Shown: piece by piece, positions 11,929 through 21,554 of the stretch
How the letters are laid out: every line of letters begins with the position of its first letter
Numbering within the stretch: position 1 is the stretch's first letter
Assembly (NCBI GenBank): GCA_050733035.1
Contig: JBOHSJ010000288.1
Coordinates: 1 to 50,249 of the forward strand
Reading direction: 5' to 3'
Length of the DNA stretch: 50,249 bases
Source: Gemmatimonadales bacterium
GTDB lineage: Bacteria; Gemmatimonadota; Gemmatimonadetes; Gemmatimonadales; GWC2-71-9
The notes under the pieces: generated by a model
Seen by the model: only the letters and a program-made list of their open reading frames with translations
The model's database searches: none
Told to the model about the DNA's origin: nothing
Translations under genes and position numbers: made by a program

Positions 11929-13566
11929 TCATAACGGCTTCCGGTAAACCACCTTCCCGGCGACGAGCGTGTAGCGCGGTTTGATCGTTCCGAGCGACTC
12001 GGGTGCTGCCGCAAAGGGATCCCGATCCAGCACGACGATATCGGCAAAGCGGTCCGCGGCGAGCGTACCCCATTTCTGCTCGTTGAAGGTCGCCCACGCG
12101 TTGCCGTACGTGTAGGCGCGCAGGGTCTCCCCGACCGTGATTTTCTGCTCGGGCACCCAGCCGCCGGGATTGCGGTCGTCGAGCGTGCGGCGTGTGACCG
12201 CCGCGTAGACGCCGAGCATCGGATCGAGCGGCGCGACGGTCCAGTCCGACCCGAAGGCGAGCGGCGCTTCCGTGTCGAGCAAGGTGCGGAACGCGTACGT
12301 CGTGCGGATGCGCTGCGGGCCGATGCGGATCCCCAGCCAGCGGCCGTCGTCGATCGCGTGATACGGCTGCATCGACGCCACGACGCGCTGCGCGCCGAAC
12401 TTTGGAATGTCCTCGGCGCGCAGGTGCTGCGCGTGCTCGATCCGGAAACGGCGATCACGCGCGCCGTGCGCACGCGCGACGCTGTCGTAGATCGCGAGCA
12501 GAATCGCGTTGGCGCGGTCGCCGATGGCGTGCACCGCGAGCTGCAACCCCGCGGAATCGGCGCCGCCGATCCAGGCGCGCATATCCGCTTCGGATTGCTG
12601 CATCAGACCGCGATACCCCGCGGAGTCGGAAAACGGCTCGAAGAAGAACGCGGTCCGGGATCCCGCCGAGCCGTCCATGTACCCTTTCACGCCGCCGATG
12701 CGCACCCAGTCGTCGCCCGCCCCTGAGCGCACGACGCTGTCCGCGATCGCACGCCAGTCCTCGATCGGCAGGTAGACCGCGACGCGCAGCGTGAGGCGAT
12801 TGGCGCGCGCCAGGCGCCGGTAGCTCGCGAGATCCGCCCACGAGGCCGACATGTTTGCCGTGGCGGTCACGCCGAGCGACGCCGCGTGGGCGAGCGCCCG
12901 CGCCAGTGCCGAGTCGCGCTGCTCCGGGGAGGGATCGGGGATGGCCCGGCCGATCAGGTTCATCGCCTGGTCTTTGAAGACTCCTCCGCTTGTGATTTCG
13001 CCGCCGAAGGGCGCGGGAGTCTCTGGGGTAATGCCGGCGGCGCGCAGGGCGGCACCATTCGCCAACGCCATGTGACCGTCGAGGCGATTGACGAATACCG
13101 GATTGTTGGGAGTGACCGAGTCGATCCAGTCGTGGCGCGGGAGCGGCGTGCCGCGCCAGAGTGTGTGGTCCCAGTCGCCGCCGGTGATCCATTCGCCCGG
13201 CTTGAGGCGCGCGGCGTACACCTTGAGGCGGCGCACGAATTCCTGCGGCGTGGCGGCGTCCCGCAGATCCACTGAGGCAAGCTGAAAGCCGCCATTGATG
13301 AAATGGGTGTGGCCGTCCGCGAATCCCGGCATCACCAGGCCGCCGTTGGCGCGCAGCACCTCGGTCTTGGAGCCGATGTAGCGCGCGATCGCCGTCGAGT
13401 CGCCCACCGCGAGGAGCTTGCCGTTACCGATTGCCACTGCGCCCGGTTGTCCGCGTCCGGTCGAGAGGCCGGTCCATACGGTCCCCCCCTCGATGACCAC
13501 GTCGGCTTTGCGGCCACAGGCGGCAAGCGATACGAAGAGCAGGACGGCGCACGGCGTACGGCGCAC
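11929..13566 (-). CDS. Amidohydrolase-family (amidohydrolase 3 / metal-dependent TIM-barrel hydrolase) lipoprotein
   Basis: Motifs VMPGFADGHTHF, HAIGD and RIEHAQH. The start is reset to GTG 13566, six nt downstream of GGAGG (13573-13577 on the minus strand). This gives the lipobox signal VRRTPCAVLLFVSLAAC. The ORF-track start at 13794 overlaps the upstream small gene. Confidence 0.8.
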   Translation of the reverse strand: MRRTPCAVLLFVSLAACGRKADVVIEGGTVWTGLSTGRGQPGAVAIGNGKLLAVGDSTAIARYIGSKTEVLRANGGLVMPGFADGHTHFINGGFQLASVDLRDAATPQEFVRRLKVYAARLKPGEWITGGDWDHTLWRGTPLPRHDWIDSVTPNNPVFVNRLDGHMALANGAALRAAGITPETPAPFGGEITSGGVFKDQAMNLIGRAIPDPSPEQRDSALARALAHAASLGVTATANMSASWADLASYRRLARANRLTLRVAVYLPIEDWRAIADSVVRSGAGDDWVRIGGVKGYMDGSAGSRTAFFFEPFSDSAGYRGLMQQSEADMRAWIGGADSAGLQLAVHAIGDRANAILLAIYDSVARAHGARDRRFRIEHAQHLRAEDIPKFGAQRVVASMQPYHAIDDGRWLGIRIGPQRIRTTYAFRTLLDTEAPLAFGSDWTVAPLDPMLGVYAAVTRRTLDDRNPGGWVPEQKITVGETLRAYTYGNAWATFNEQKWGTLAADRFADIVVLDRDPFAAAPESLGTIKPRYTLVAGKVVYRKPL

Positions 13567-13576
13567 GGCGGACCTC

Positions 13577-13843
13577 CTAACGGAGCTTGGTGATCCTGCG
13601 AATGGTATCGAGCGCAGCGAGAGGATTGGCGCCTGCATCAGACTTTGCCGGGGACGCGCTGCTGATGCCGTCGCGAATGTCGAGCAGCACCTCAAGCAGC
13701 AGCTGCTCACGCTGATATGCAGCATCGAGATCGGCCATGCGGCGCTCGTCCTTTGCAGCCTTGGCGCGTTCGTATGCTTCCCGATATACCGCATCGAGAT
13801 TGTCGAGAATCTGCTGCCGCGGTCGTGGACTCACGATGCGCAA
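13577..13843 (-). CDS. Small helical hypothetical protein (88 aa)
   Basis: ORF track. GC-rich third positions and charged helical sequence. TTG start at 13843, or GTG at 13834. No family recognised. Confidence 0.45.
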   Translation of the reverse strand: MRIVSPRPRQQILDNLDAVYREAYERAKAAKDERRMADLDAAYQREQLLLEVLLDIRDGISSASPAKSDAGANPLAALDTIRRITKLR

Positions 13844-13860
13844 AGATATAGGTTCCGGCC

Positions 13861-14391
13861 ATGGCTCTCAAAGGCAAACGAATTCTCTTTTTCGCTGCTC
13901 CTCTATATGAGGATCTTGAGCTCTGGTATCCAAAGATCCGACTCGAGGAGGAGGGCGCGACGACCACCGTCGCCGGCATGGGCGAGAAGACGTATCCCGG
14001 TAAGCGCGGCTATCCGGTTACAGTCGATACTGACGTAGAAAAGGTCGATGCGGGCGACTTCGACGGACTCGTAATTCCGGGCGGCTTTGCCCCCGATCAG
14101 CTGCGACGCTCCGACAAGGTCCTGCGGCTGACGCGCGAGATCTACCAGGCCGGCAAGCCGGTCGCGTTCATCTGTCATGCCGGCTGGGTGCCGATCTCGG
14201 CGAAAATCCTGAAAGGCAAACGCGCGACGAGCGTGCGCGCCATCAAGGACGACATGGAAAACGCCGGCGTGGTGTGGGAGGACAGCGCCGTTGTCGTGGA
14301 TGGCAATCTCATTTCGTCGCGCACACCAGCCGACCTGCCTGACTTCTGCAAAGCGCTGATCGCCGCGCTACGACAAGGGCCGCAGGACTAG
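13861..14391 (+). CDS. DJ-1/PfpI family protein (type 1 glutamine amidotransferase-like fold)
   Basis: 176 aa. DGLVIPGG...KPVAFICHAG nucleophile-elbow cysteine motif and VVDGNLISSR. Confidence 0.85.
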   Translation: MALKGKRILFFAAPLYEDLELWYPKIRLEEEGATTTVAGMGEKTYPGKRGYPVTVDTDVEKVDAGDFDGLVIPGGFAPDQLRRSDKVLRLTREIYQAGKPVAFICHAGWVPISAKILKGKRATSVRAIKDDMENAGVVWEDSAVVVDGNLISSRTPADLPDFCKALIAALRQGPQD

Positions 14392-15603
14392 ACCGCTCGG
14401 CACCTTCGGGATGAAGTAGGTGGATTTCGGCGGCATCACGTCGCCGGCGTCCGCCACCGCGAAGACCTGCTCGACACGCGTAGGATTCAGCAACACGGCC
14501 ACCGCGGCGCCGCCGTGCTGCACCATGTTCAGCGCCTCCGTCGCATCCGCCACATAGCGTACGATCGGCGTCGTCGTCCCCGCGCCGAGGATCCCCTTCA
14601 CGACGAACGACTCAATCCGCGCGACGTCGAGGTCGCGGACGGCGGCGCTCTGCGCCAGGCTCGGCAGACGATCGGGGAGCGCGTCGGGCCGCAGCAACAG
14701 GGCCATAGTGCGCGAGCGGTCGGCGACGAGACACGCGGTACGGTCGCGTCCGAGCGCCGCCAACGTGGTCACGGGATCGCGGCTGGCGGGGACCACCTGC
14801 ACATCGAAGACCTCGCGCCAGCGCGGCAGCAGGCGCTCCAGCTCACGTCCGGCGCCGAAGATCACGCGGTGCGTCGGCAACACGGCGAGACCGGAATCCT
14901 GGGCGGATACGATCAGCGCCAGAACCCGGTCCGCTTGTGGATTTTCCGAGGCATACGCACTCGCGGTCTCGTAGCGATGATGCCCGTCGGCGATGTAGAG
15001 CGGGGATGCGGGAAGCGGGATGCGGGATGCGTCACGCACGATCCACAGTCGCATCCCCACACCGTTCAACTCCGCCGCTGCGTCGGGCGTGCCCTGGGCG
15101 ACGCCAGCCACGGCGTTCGCGAGCGTCCGGTCGGGATCGGGCGCCAGCAAGAAGATCGACTCGATATTGGTCGCGGTGGCGCGCATCAGCGCGAGCCGGT
15201 CGGCCTTGGGCCCGGCGTGGGTGTGCTCGTGCGGCCGAATGCGGCGCGGCTCGTATCCCTCCGCGGCGACAGCGGCGAACACACCGCGCCGGGTCCGTCG
15301 CTCCCCCGACGGCAGGGTGAAATCCTGCGCCAGCACGTACAGCGCCGGTTCGGGATCGCGTGTAAGCACGCCGCTCCGGCGCCATTTCGCCAGGAGCTCG
15401 GCGGCCACGCGGTAACGCTCGTCCTCGGGTCGTCCGGGCGCTGCTTCCGGCAGCATCACGTGGACGATATTGTGAGCGTCGACTGCCGCCAAACGCGACC
15501 GTTCCCCCTGATCGATCACGTCGTACGGCGGCGCGATCACGCGACTCAGCCGTTCCCCGGCGGCATACCGCTCGCCCCGAAAGGGCGCTACGAGGTCAGT
15601 CAT
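14368..15603 (-). CDS. DUF1015 domain protein
   Basis: 411 aa. The N-terminus APFRGERY...VIAPPYDVI and the internal ADGHHRYE are typical of DUF1015. Confidence 0.8.
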   Translation of the reverse strand: MTDLVAPFRGERYAAGERLSRVIAPPYDVIDQGERSRLAAVDAHNIVHVMLPEAAPGRPEDERYRVAAELLAKWRRSGVLTRDPEPALYVLAQDFTLPSGERRTRRGVFAAVAAEGYEPRRIRPHEHTHAGPKADRLALMRATATNIESIFLLAPDPDRTLANAVAGVAQGTPDAAAELNGVGMRLWIVRDASRIPLPASPLYIADGHHRYETASAYASENPQADRVLALIVSAQDSGLAVLPTHRVIFGAGRELERLLPRWREVFDVQVVPASRDPVTTLAALGRDRTACLVADRSRTMALLLRPDALPDRLPSLAQSAAVRDLDVARIESFVVKGILGAGTTTPIVRYVADATEALNMVQHGGAAVAVLLNPTRVEQVFAVADAGDVMPPKSTYFIPKVPSGLVLRPLS

Positions 15604-15922
15604 GAGCTTTCGCGAAGCGCAGCATGCGGTGGATCAATGGGTCGGCCAATTCGAGCAGGGCTACTTTGCGCCGCTCGCGAACGTGGCGCGCCTCGCCGAG
15701 GAAGTGGGCGAGCTGGCCCGCGAGGTGAATCACCAGTTCGGCCCAAAGCCGAAGAAGCCCGACGAAAAACCCGGCTCGATTTCCATGGAGCTGGCCGACA
15801 TCCTGTTCGTCGTGATCTGCATGGCCAACGAGCAGCACATCGACCTCGACGACGCGTTCGCACAGATGATGGTCAAGGTCACCGCCCGCGACGCCGGCCG
15901 CTGGACCAGGAAGGCTCGCTGA
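15602..15922 (+). CDS. MazG-like nucleotide pyrophosphohydrolase (small single-domain type)
   Basis: 106 aa. LARLAEEVGELAREV ... ELADILFVVICMAN is the EExxE/D helix pattern of MazG-type NTP pyrophosphohydrolases. Confidence 0.8.
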   Translation: MSFREAQHAVDQWVGQFEQGYFAPLANVARLAEEVGELAREVNHQFGPKPKKPDEKPGSISMELADILFVVICMANEQHIDLDDAFAQMMVKVTARDAGRWTRKAR

Positions 15923-16805
15923 CTTCCTCGTAGATCCGCGCGTACGACACCAGACGATCGGGATCGATCGCGCCCGGTGGTGCGCCGCGTATCGCGCATC
16001 CCGGCTCGGCAAGGTGGCGGCAGTTATCGAACCGGCATTGATCGAGATAGGGGCGGAATTCCGGAAAGCACGCACCCAATTCGTTGGGGTCGATGCCCCA
16101 GGCGCCGATTTCCCGGAGGCCGGGCGTATCCACGACGTAACCGACGCCGGCAACGGGCACCAGCTCCGCCGCGGTGGTGGTGTGCTTGCCGGTTCGCCAC
16201 TTCTCGCTGATCGCGCCGACCCGTAGCTTGAGCCCGGGCTCCAGCGCATTGAGCAGACTCGATTTTCCCGCGCCCGATGCGCCCGTAAACACCGAGTGCC
16301 GGCCGCGCAGCAAGTCGCGCAACGCGGGCAGCCCTTCGTCGGCCTTCACCGACGTCGCCAGCAGCTGATAGCCCGCGGTCTTGAAGCGGATCGCCAGCGC
16401 CTCCTCGGTCGTGCGGTCGAGCTCGATCTTGTTCAGGACCACCGCCGCCGGCAGCCCGTTCGCTTCCGCAATGACGAGGAACCGGTCGATCATCCGGGGG
16501 CTCGGCTCCGGATCACGCGCGGAAGTCACGACGATCACCTGATCCACGTTCGCCGCGACCGGCTGTGGACGCCGGGGCCCCGCTCCGCTGCTGCCCTGCG
16601 ACGCCCGCCGCGCGAGCACGGTCCGGCGCGGCCGGATCTCGGCGATCGTCGAGCCTTCGAGCACGACGACGTCGCCCGGAACGACACGGTCCTCGTCCTT
16701 GTGCTTGAGCTTGCCCCGCAGGGTGGCTGTGACTTCGCCGCTGTCGGTGTGGATGCGATAGCCACCGCCGACCCGCGCCAGCACGACGCCGTTCAGCAGC
16801 GTCAC
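15879..16805 (-). CDS. rsgA: Ribosome small-subunit-dependent GTPase A
   Basis: Circularly permuted GTPase motifs VLNKIEL, GASGAGKSSLLNAL and VDTPG, plus the C-terminal zinc knuckle C..F.DC.H..EPGCA. The start is set at GTG 16805, which forms a GTGA overlap with the upstream stop. The ORF-track start is 16832. Confidence 0.85.
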   Translation of the reverse strand: MTLLNGVVLARVGGGYRIHTDSGEVTATLRGKLKHKDEDRVVPGDVVVLEGSTIAEIRPRRTVLARRASQGSSGAGPRRPQPVAANVDQVIVVTSARDPEPSPRMIDRFLVIAEANGLPAAVVLNKIELDRTTEEALAIRFKTAGYQLLATSVKADEGLPALRDLLRGRHSVFTGASGAGKSSLLNALEPGLKLRVGAISEKWRTGKHTTTAAELVPVAGVGYVVDTPGLREIGAWGIDPNELGACFPEFRPYLDQCRFDNCRHLAEPGCAIRGAPPGAIDPDRLVSYARIYEEVSEPSWSSGRRRGR

Positions 16806-17107
16806 GCGCGCTGCCCCGCACGAGCTACGCACTGATCGAGATGCGCCTTCACCTGCTCGAGCGTCAGCGCCAGCACGGGCGCGAGCGCTTCATCCGGCGT
16901 GGGACCGAACGCGAGATAATCCGTCTCGAGGTGTCCGACGGGCTGCCCGTCACCCCAGCGCACGAACAACAGCGCGGCGCCGTACCGCCCCGGCTCGGCG
17001 GAATCGTCGCTGAAGGTCGCTACGGAGTACGCCTGCCCGTCCGGCGCGCCGAATGCGGGCGGGCGACCGTGTACGTGCTGGTAACCGCCTAACGTCGTGT
17101 CGTCCAT
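16802..17107 (-). CDS. Hypothetical protein (101 aa)
   Basis: ORF track. Its ATG overlaps the proline dehydrogenase TAA by 1 nt, and its TGA overlaps the rsgA GTG. Coding-like codon usage. No family recognised. Confidence 0.5.
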   Translation of the reverse strand: MDDTTLGGYQHVHGRPPAFGAPDGQAYSVATFSDDSAEPGRYGAALLFVRWGDGQPVGHLETDYLAFGPTPDEALAPVLALTLEQVKAHLDQCVARAGQRA

Positions 17108-18042
17108 TAGCGGCGGCGGTGCACCGACTCTTTGAGAATGTTCGTGGTGATGAACGCGATGTTCGCTGGACGCTCGGCGAGCCGGCGCATGAGGTACGGA
17201 TACCAGTGTGTACCGAACGGCACGTACACGCGCATGTTGTAGCCCTCGCGCCGCAACCGATACTGCAGATCGCGTCTCACCCCGTACAGCATCTGGAATT
17301 CGAATCGCTCGGCGGGAATGGCTTTTTTCTTGGCGAAGGCTTTGGCGTGGTCGATGATCTTTGCATCGTGCGTCGCAATCCCCGGGTAGTTACCTCGCTC
17401 GACCAGCCGCTCCATGCAGGCAACGTAGTTCGCGTCCACGTCGCGCTTGTCGGGAACGGCGACATCCTCGGGCTCTTTATACGCCCCTTTGCAGAGACGC
17501 ACGCGAGCTCCCAATCCGATCATGGCGTCCACGTCCGCCGCGGTCCTCCGCAGGTACGACTGCAGCACGACGCCGACGGTGTTGCCGAATTCAGGATAGA
17601 AAACATCGGTGAACAGCTGCAGCGTCTTCGCGGTATAGCTGGACTGCTCCATGTCGATGCGCACGAACGAGCCGTACTGCCTTGCCTTGCCGATGATCGC
17701 GCGCATGTTGCCGATGCACACTTGCTCGTCGATGTCGAGACCCATCTGCGTGAGCTTGACGGAGACGTTGGCATTGGCCTTGGCGGCGTGAATACGGTCG
17801 AGAACCTCGAGGTAGGTCTTGCACGCCCGCTGAGCCTCCTCGGCATGTAACACCGATTCCCCAAGCAGATCGAGCGACGCGGAGAGGTTACTGCCATTCA
17901 GGTCGCGGAGCGTCGTGATGGCTTCGTCCACGGTCTCGCCGGCGACGAAACGCGACGCGAGCTTCCTGGCCAGACGGTTCTTCCGAACGAAGCGGAAGAT
18001 GCGGGGCTGCTCGCTCAACCACAGGAATACGGCTTTCAGCAT
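17107..18042 (-). CDS. Proline dehydrogenase (monofunctional)
   Basis: 311 aa. FVAGETVDEAI...LDLLGE...QMLYGVR are motifs of the proline dehydrogenase family. Confidence 0.85.
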   Translation of the reverse strand: MLKAVFLWLSEQPRIFRFVRKNRLARKLASRFVAGETVDEAITTLRDLNGSNLSASLDLLGESVLHAEEAQRACKTYLEVLDRIHAAKANANVSVKLTQMGLDIDEQVCIGNMRAIIGKARQYGSFVRIDMEQSSYTAKTLQLFTDVFYPEFGNTVGVVLQSYLRRTAADVDAMIGLGARVRLCKGAYKEPEDVAVPDKRDVDANYVACMERLVERGNYPGIATHDAKIIDHAKAFAKKKAIPAERFEFQMLYGVRRDLQYRLRREGYNMRVYVPFGTHWYPYLMRRLAERPANIAFITTNILKESVHRRR

Positions 18043-20204
18043 CAGGCGTAGAACTTGGTCCCGCTGCGGGCCTGCTCCCGCAGCACCTCGCAGGGAGCGA
18101 AGCGCGCGCCATGGCGCTCCGCGAGGCGCTCGAGATCGGCAACCACGCGTTCGGCACCGAGGTCGTCGGCGTAGCGCAGCGGCCCGCCCCGGAACGGCGG
18201 AAAGCCGAATCCGAAAATCGCGCCGATGTCACCGTCGCGCGGGTTCTTGACGACGCCCTCTCCCACGGCGCGCGCCGCTTCGTTGACCATGCCCAGAATG
18301 AGGCGCTGCAGGATTTCGGAAGGCCGCGGTCCGCCATTCGGGTGGACGCCGAGGAGTCCGTACACACTCTCGTCCACGCCGCGTTTCTTGCCGCCTTTAT
18401 AGATGTAGAAGCCACGGCCCGATTTGCGGCCCAGGCGTCCCGCTTTGACGAGTGCCGCCAGCCCCTCACCCGGAGCCGGTTGGATGTGATCGCCGTAGGC
18501 CTCCTGCATCACGCCGGCGACCTTGATCGCGACGTCGAGGCCCACTTCGTCGAGCAGCGTCACCGGACCGACCGGAAAGCCGAACCGCACCGCCATGCTG
18601 TCGATCTCTTCGATGGACGCGCCTTCGCCGAGCAGATGGCCGACTTCGTTCGCGTACGGTGCGAGGATCCGGTTCACCCAGAAGCCCGGACTGTCTTGCA
18701 CGACGATCACCGTCTTGCCCATGCGCCGCCCGAATGCCACGGCCGTGCTCACCGTCTGAGGACTGGTGCGAGCGCCGGGAATCACCTCGAGCAGCGGCAT
18801 CTTGGCGACCGGTGAAAAGAAGTGCATGCCGATGACGCGCTCCGGGTCGTGCGCCGCTTCGGCGATGCGCGTGATCGGAATCGTGGACGTGTTGGACGCG
18901 AACACGCCGGAGGGCGGTATCACCACTTCGACTTCCCGCAGGACCTGCTGTTTGACCGTGAGATCTTCAAAGACCGCCTCGATCGTCAGCTCCGCGCGTC
19001 CGAACCCTGCATACGTGTCGCCACCGGACAAGAGCGCGACGAGCCGGGCGTACTCGTATTTTGTCATACGACGGCGCTTCAACCGGTCGTCGAGGATGGC
19101 GCGGGCGGCGAGGACGCCCTGGGCGACGCGCGCCAAGTCGGCGTCCTTCATGCGCACATCTACCTCCGCCTGCGCGACGGCGGTCCCCGCGATCCCCGAT
19201 CCCATGAATCCCGAGCCGATGATCCCCAGCCGCGTCGCGCGCACCGGCGGCGGGGCGTTGGGGACTCCGGGATCTTTCTTGAGCTGATTCGTCGCGAAGA
19301 AGATCTGCACGAGCTTGCGGGAGACGTCCGTCACCGCGAGCTGCCCGAACAGCTGAGCTTCGCGCTTCAATCCCTCGGGTATGCCGTGCTTCAGGCCGTA
19401 TTCGACCGCGTCGAGCGCCGCGAGCGGAGCCGGATAGTGCCCGCCCGTGCGCTCGAGCACCTGCTTGCGGGCTGCACGAAAGACGATGCCTCGCCCGATC
19501 GGATTGCCGTCGAGCAGAAACCCAACCAACCCACCGGGCCGCTTGCGTTTGGGGCGCCAGCCGCCGGCCATGCGGCGAGCGGCGGCGAGCGTGATATCCG
19601 CAAGGATGGGGGACGCGACCAGCTCGTCCACCATGCCAAGCCGGAACGCTTTGGCGGCGCGTTCGGTCTTGCCCGCGAGAATCATGTCGAGTGCCGCGCG
19701 AGCCCCCACGAGACGCGGCAGGCGTTGACAGCCGCCCGCCGCCGGGAGGATGCCGAGCTGCACTTCGGGGAGACCGATCTGGGTTTTGGGATGGTCCGTG
19801 GCGACGCGGTAATGGCAGGCCAGCGCGAATTCGAACCCACCGCCGAGACACGCGCCGTGGATCCCGACCGCGATCGGTTTGGGAAACCGCGCCACGCGGT
19901 CGAGCATCTCCTGGCCTGCTGCCGCCAGGCGCTCCGCTTCCGCCGCGGAGCCGAGCGTCACGAATTCCTCGATATCCGCGCCGGCGATGAAGTTGTCCGC
20001 CTTGCCGGACATGAACGCGACGGCGCGAACGCGCGCGTCATCCGCCAAGGCCGCGAAGCAGGCGATGAACTCGTCTTTGACGGCGCGCGAAATGACGTTG
20101 ACCGGCTGACCTTTGAGATCCAGAACGACGACGGCGATGCCGTCCGTGATGTCCCAGGTGACTGCGGGAGCGCTCCGCGACGGGGGAGGGGCGATGGTCG
20201 CCAC
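18042..20204 (-). CDS. fadJ: Fatty-acid oxidation complex alpha subunit (enoyl-CoA hydratase / 3-hydroxyacyl-CoA dehydrogenase)
   Basis: N-terminal crotonase fold (FIAGADI, HGACLGGGFEFALAC). NAD-binding IIGSGFMGSGIA and a C-terminal HCDH domain. The start is set at GTG 20204, overlapping the thiolase TAG by 1 nt. The ORF-track N-terminal 92 aa look like non-coding read-through. The gene order (thiolase first) is fadIJ-like. Confidence 0.85.
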   Translation of the reverse strand: MATIAPPPSRSAPAVTWDITDGIAVVVLDLKGQPVNVISRAVKDEFIACFAALADDARVRAVAFMSGKADNFIAGADIEEFVTLGSAAEAERLAAAGQEMLDRVARFPKPIAVGIHGACLGGGFEFALACHYRVATDHPKTQIGLPEVQLGILPAAGGCQRLPRLVGARAALDMILAGKTERAAKAFRLGMVDELVASPILADITLAAARRMAGGWRPKRKRPGGLVGFLLDGNPIGRGIVFRAARKQVLERTGGHYPAPLAALDAVEYGLKHGIPEGLKREAQLFGQLAVTDVSRKLVQIFFATNQLKKDPGVPNAPPPVRATRLGIIGSGFMGSGIAGTAVAQAEVDVRMKDADLARVAQGVLAARAILDDRLKRRRMTKYEYARLVALLSGGDTYAGFGRAELTIEAVFEDLTVKQQVLREVEVVIPPSGVFASNTSTIPITRIAEAAHDPERVIGMHFFSPVAKMPLLEVIPGARTSPQTVSTAVAFGRRMGKTVIVVQDSPGFWVNRILAPYANEVGHLLGEGASIEEIDSMAVRFGFPVGPVTLLDEVGLDVAIKVAGVMQEAYGDHIQPAPGEGLAALVKAGRLGRKSGRGFYIYKGGKKRGVDESVYGLLGVHPNGGPRPSEILQRLILGMVNEAARAVGEGVVKNPRDGDIGAIFGFGFPPFRGGPLRYADDLGAERVVADLERLAERHGARFAPCEVLREQARSGTKFYA

Positions 20205-21463
20205 TAACGCCGCTCCAGCACCATGGCGAATCCCATTCCGCCCTGCGCGCAGACGGAAATGAGTCCGAACTGGACGTCGCGGCGTCGCATCTCGTTGGAC
20301 AGGGTCGTGACGAGCCGGCCGCCCGTCGCGCCGAACGGATGGCCGATCGCAATCGAGCCGCCCATGACGTTGATGATGTCCTCGTTGATCTCCCAGCCGT
20401 TGGCGGCGAATCCCTGGAGATTCGACAGCACCTGGGCGGCGAAGGCCTCGTGCAGCTCGATCAGTCCGAGGTCCTTCCACTGAATGCCGGCGCGCTCGAG
20501 CGCCTTGGGGACGGCGAATATCGGGGCCTGCAGCAGCTGCCAGCCCGGATCGACGGCCGCAACGGCATATGAACGAATGAAGGTGAGCGGCTCATACCCG
20601 AGCGCCTGCGCGGCCTCCGCGCTCATGAGGAGCACGGCCGAGGCACCGTCAGTGAGGGGCGACGAGTTCGCGGCGGTCACGCTGCCGTAGCGCCGGTCGA
20701 ACACCGGCTTGAGCTTGGCCATCTGCTCGAGCGACGTGTCGCTGCGGATACCATTGTCCTGCTGCACGATCGGCCCGCCGGGGCGATCGGGCATCCAGGG
20801 CGCGATCTCGGCTGTGAGACGGCCGTCCGCGGTGCCCTGCGCCGCCAGCTTGTGGCTGCGCAGCGCCCAGCGGTCCTGCGCCTCGCGGGAGATGTGATTC
20901 TCCTTCGCCATCTTTTCCGCCGACTGGCCCATGGACTCGCCGGTAGACGGCTCTGCGATCGCCGGTGCCACCGGGATGAGGTCCTTGGGCCGGATCTTGG
21001 CGAACGTCTTGATGCGGGCGCCGAGCGATTTTGCCTTGCTCGCCTCGACCAGGATGTCGGCAAGCCGGCGCGAGGCGAGAATCGGAATATCGGACAGCGC
21101 CTCGGCACCTCCCGCCATGATCACCGCGGCGTTGCCAAGCGCGATCTGATCGTGGGCAGCGGTAATGGCCTGATTGGCAGAGGCGCACGCACGGTTCAGC
21201 GAGTAGGCCGGAATTTCCTTGGGGAGCTGCGGCAGGAGGCTGACTTCGCGCCCCACGTTCGGCACGAGCGCCGACGGCACCACCTGACCGAAGATGACCT
21301 CATCGATCTCGTTGCCGTCCAGATTGGTGCGCTCGATCAGCTCGCGGGCGGCGTAGCGCGCGAGATCCACGGCGCGCGCGTCTTTGAGCGACGTGCCCGC
21401 TTTGGTGAACGGCGTTCGGACGCCGGCGACGACTGCCACGCGCCGTCCGTTGAGACCCGGCAT
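20204..21463 (-). CDS. fadI: Acetyl-CoA C-acyltransferase (3-ketoacyl-CoA thiolase)
   Basis: Thiolase motifs NRACASANQAI and GGMGFAMVLE. The start is trimmed to ATG 21463 (MPGLNGRRVAVVAGVRTPF), preceded by GAGGGGAAG. Confidence 0.85.
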   Translation of the reverse strand: MPGLNGRRVAVVAGVRTPFTKAGTSLKDARAVDLARYAARELIERTNLDGNEIDEVIFGQVVPSALVPNVGREVSLLPQLPKEIPAYSLNRACASANQAITAAHDQIALGNAAVIMAGGAEALSDIPILASRRLADILVEASKAKSLGARIKTFAKIRPKDLIPVAPAIAEPSTGESMGQSAEKMAKENHISREAQDRWALRSHKLAAQGTADGRLTAEIAPWMPDRPGGPIVQQDNGIRSDTSLEQMAKLKPVFDRRYGSVTAANSSPLTDGASAVLLMSAEAAQALGYEPLTFIRSYAVAAVDPGWQLLQAPIFAVPKALERAGIQWKDLGLIELHEAFAAQVLSNLQGFAANGWEINEDIINVMGGSIAIGHPFGATGGRLVTTLSNEMRRRDVQFGLISVCAQGGMGFAMVLERR

Positions 21464-21554
21464 TAGATTCTTCCCCTCTTCTGGGAATCGAAACCTACCA
21501 CCGCCCCCAACCGGAGGGGAGTTGGAGCAAAACCGCGCCGCAGCCCTGGCATCC

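Noticed and set aside
15602-15922. MazG-like gene considered as a toxin-antitoxin or phage-defence component.
   Set aside because: It is a stand-alone small housekeeping-type MazG domain among core genes (DUF1015, rsgA). There is no MazE/MazF-like partner or defence-island context.
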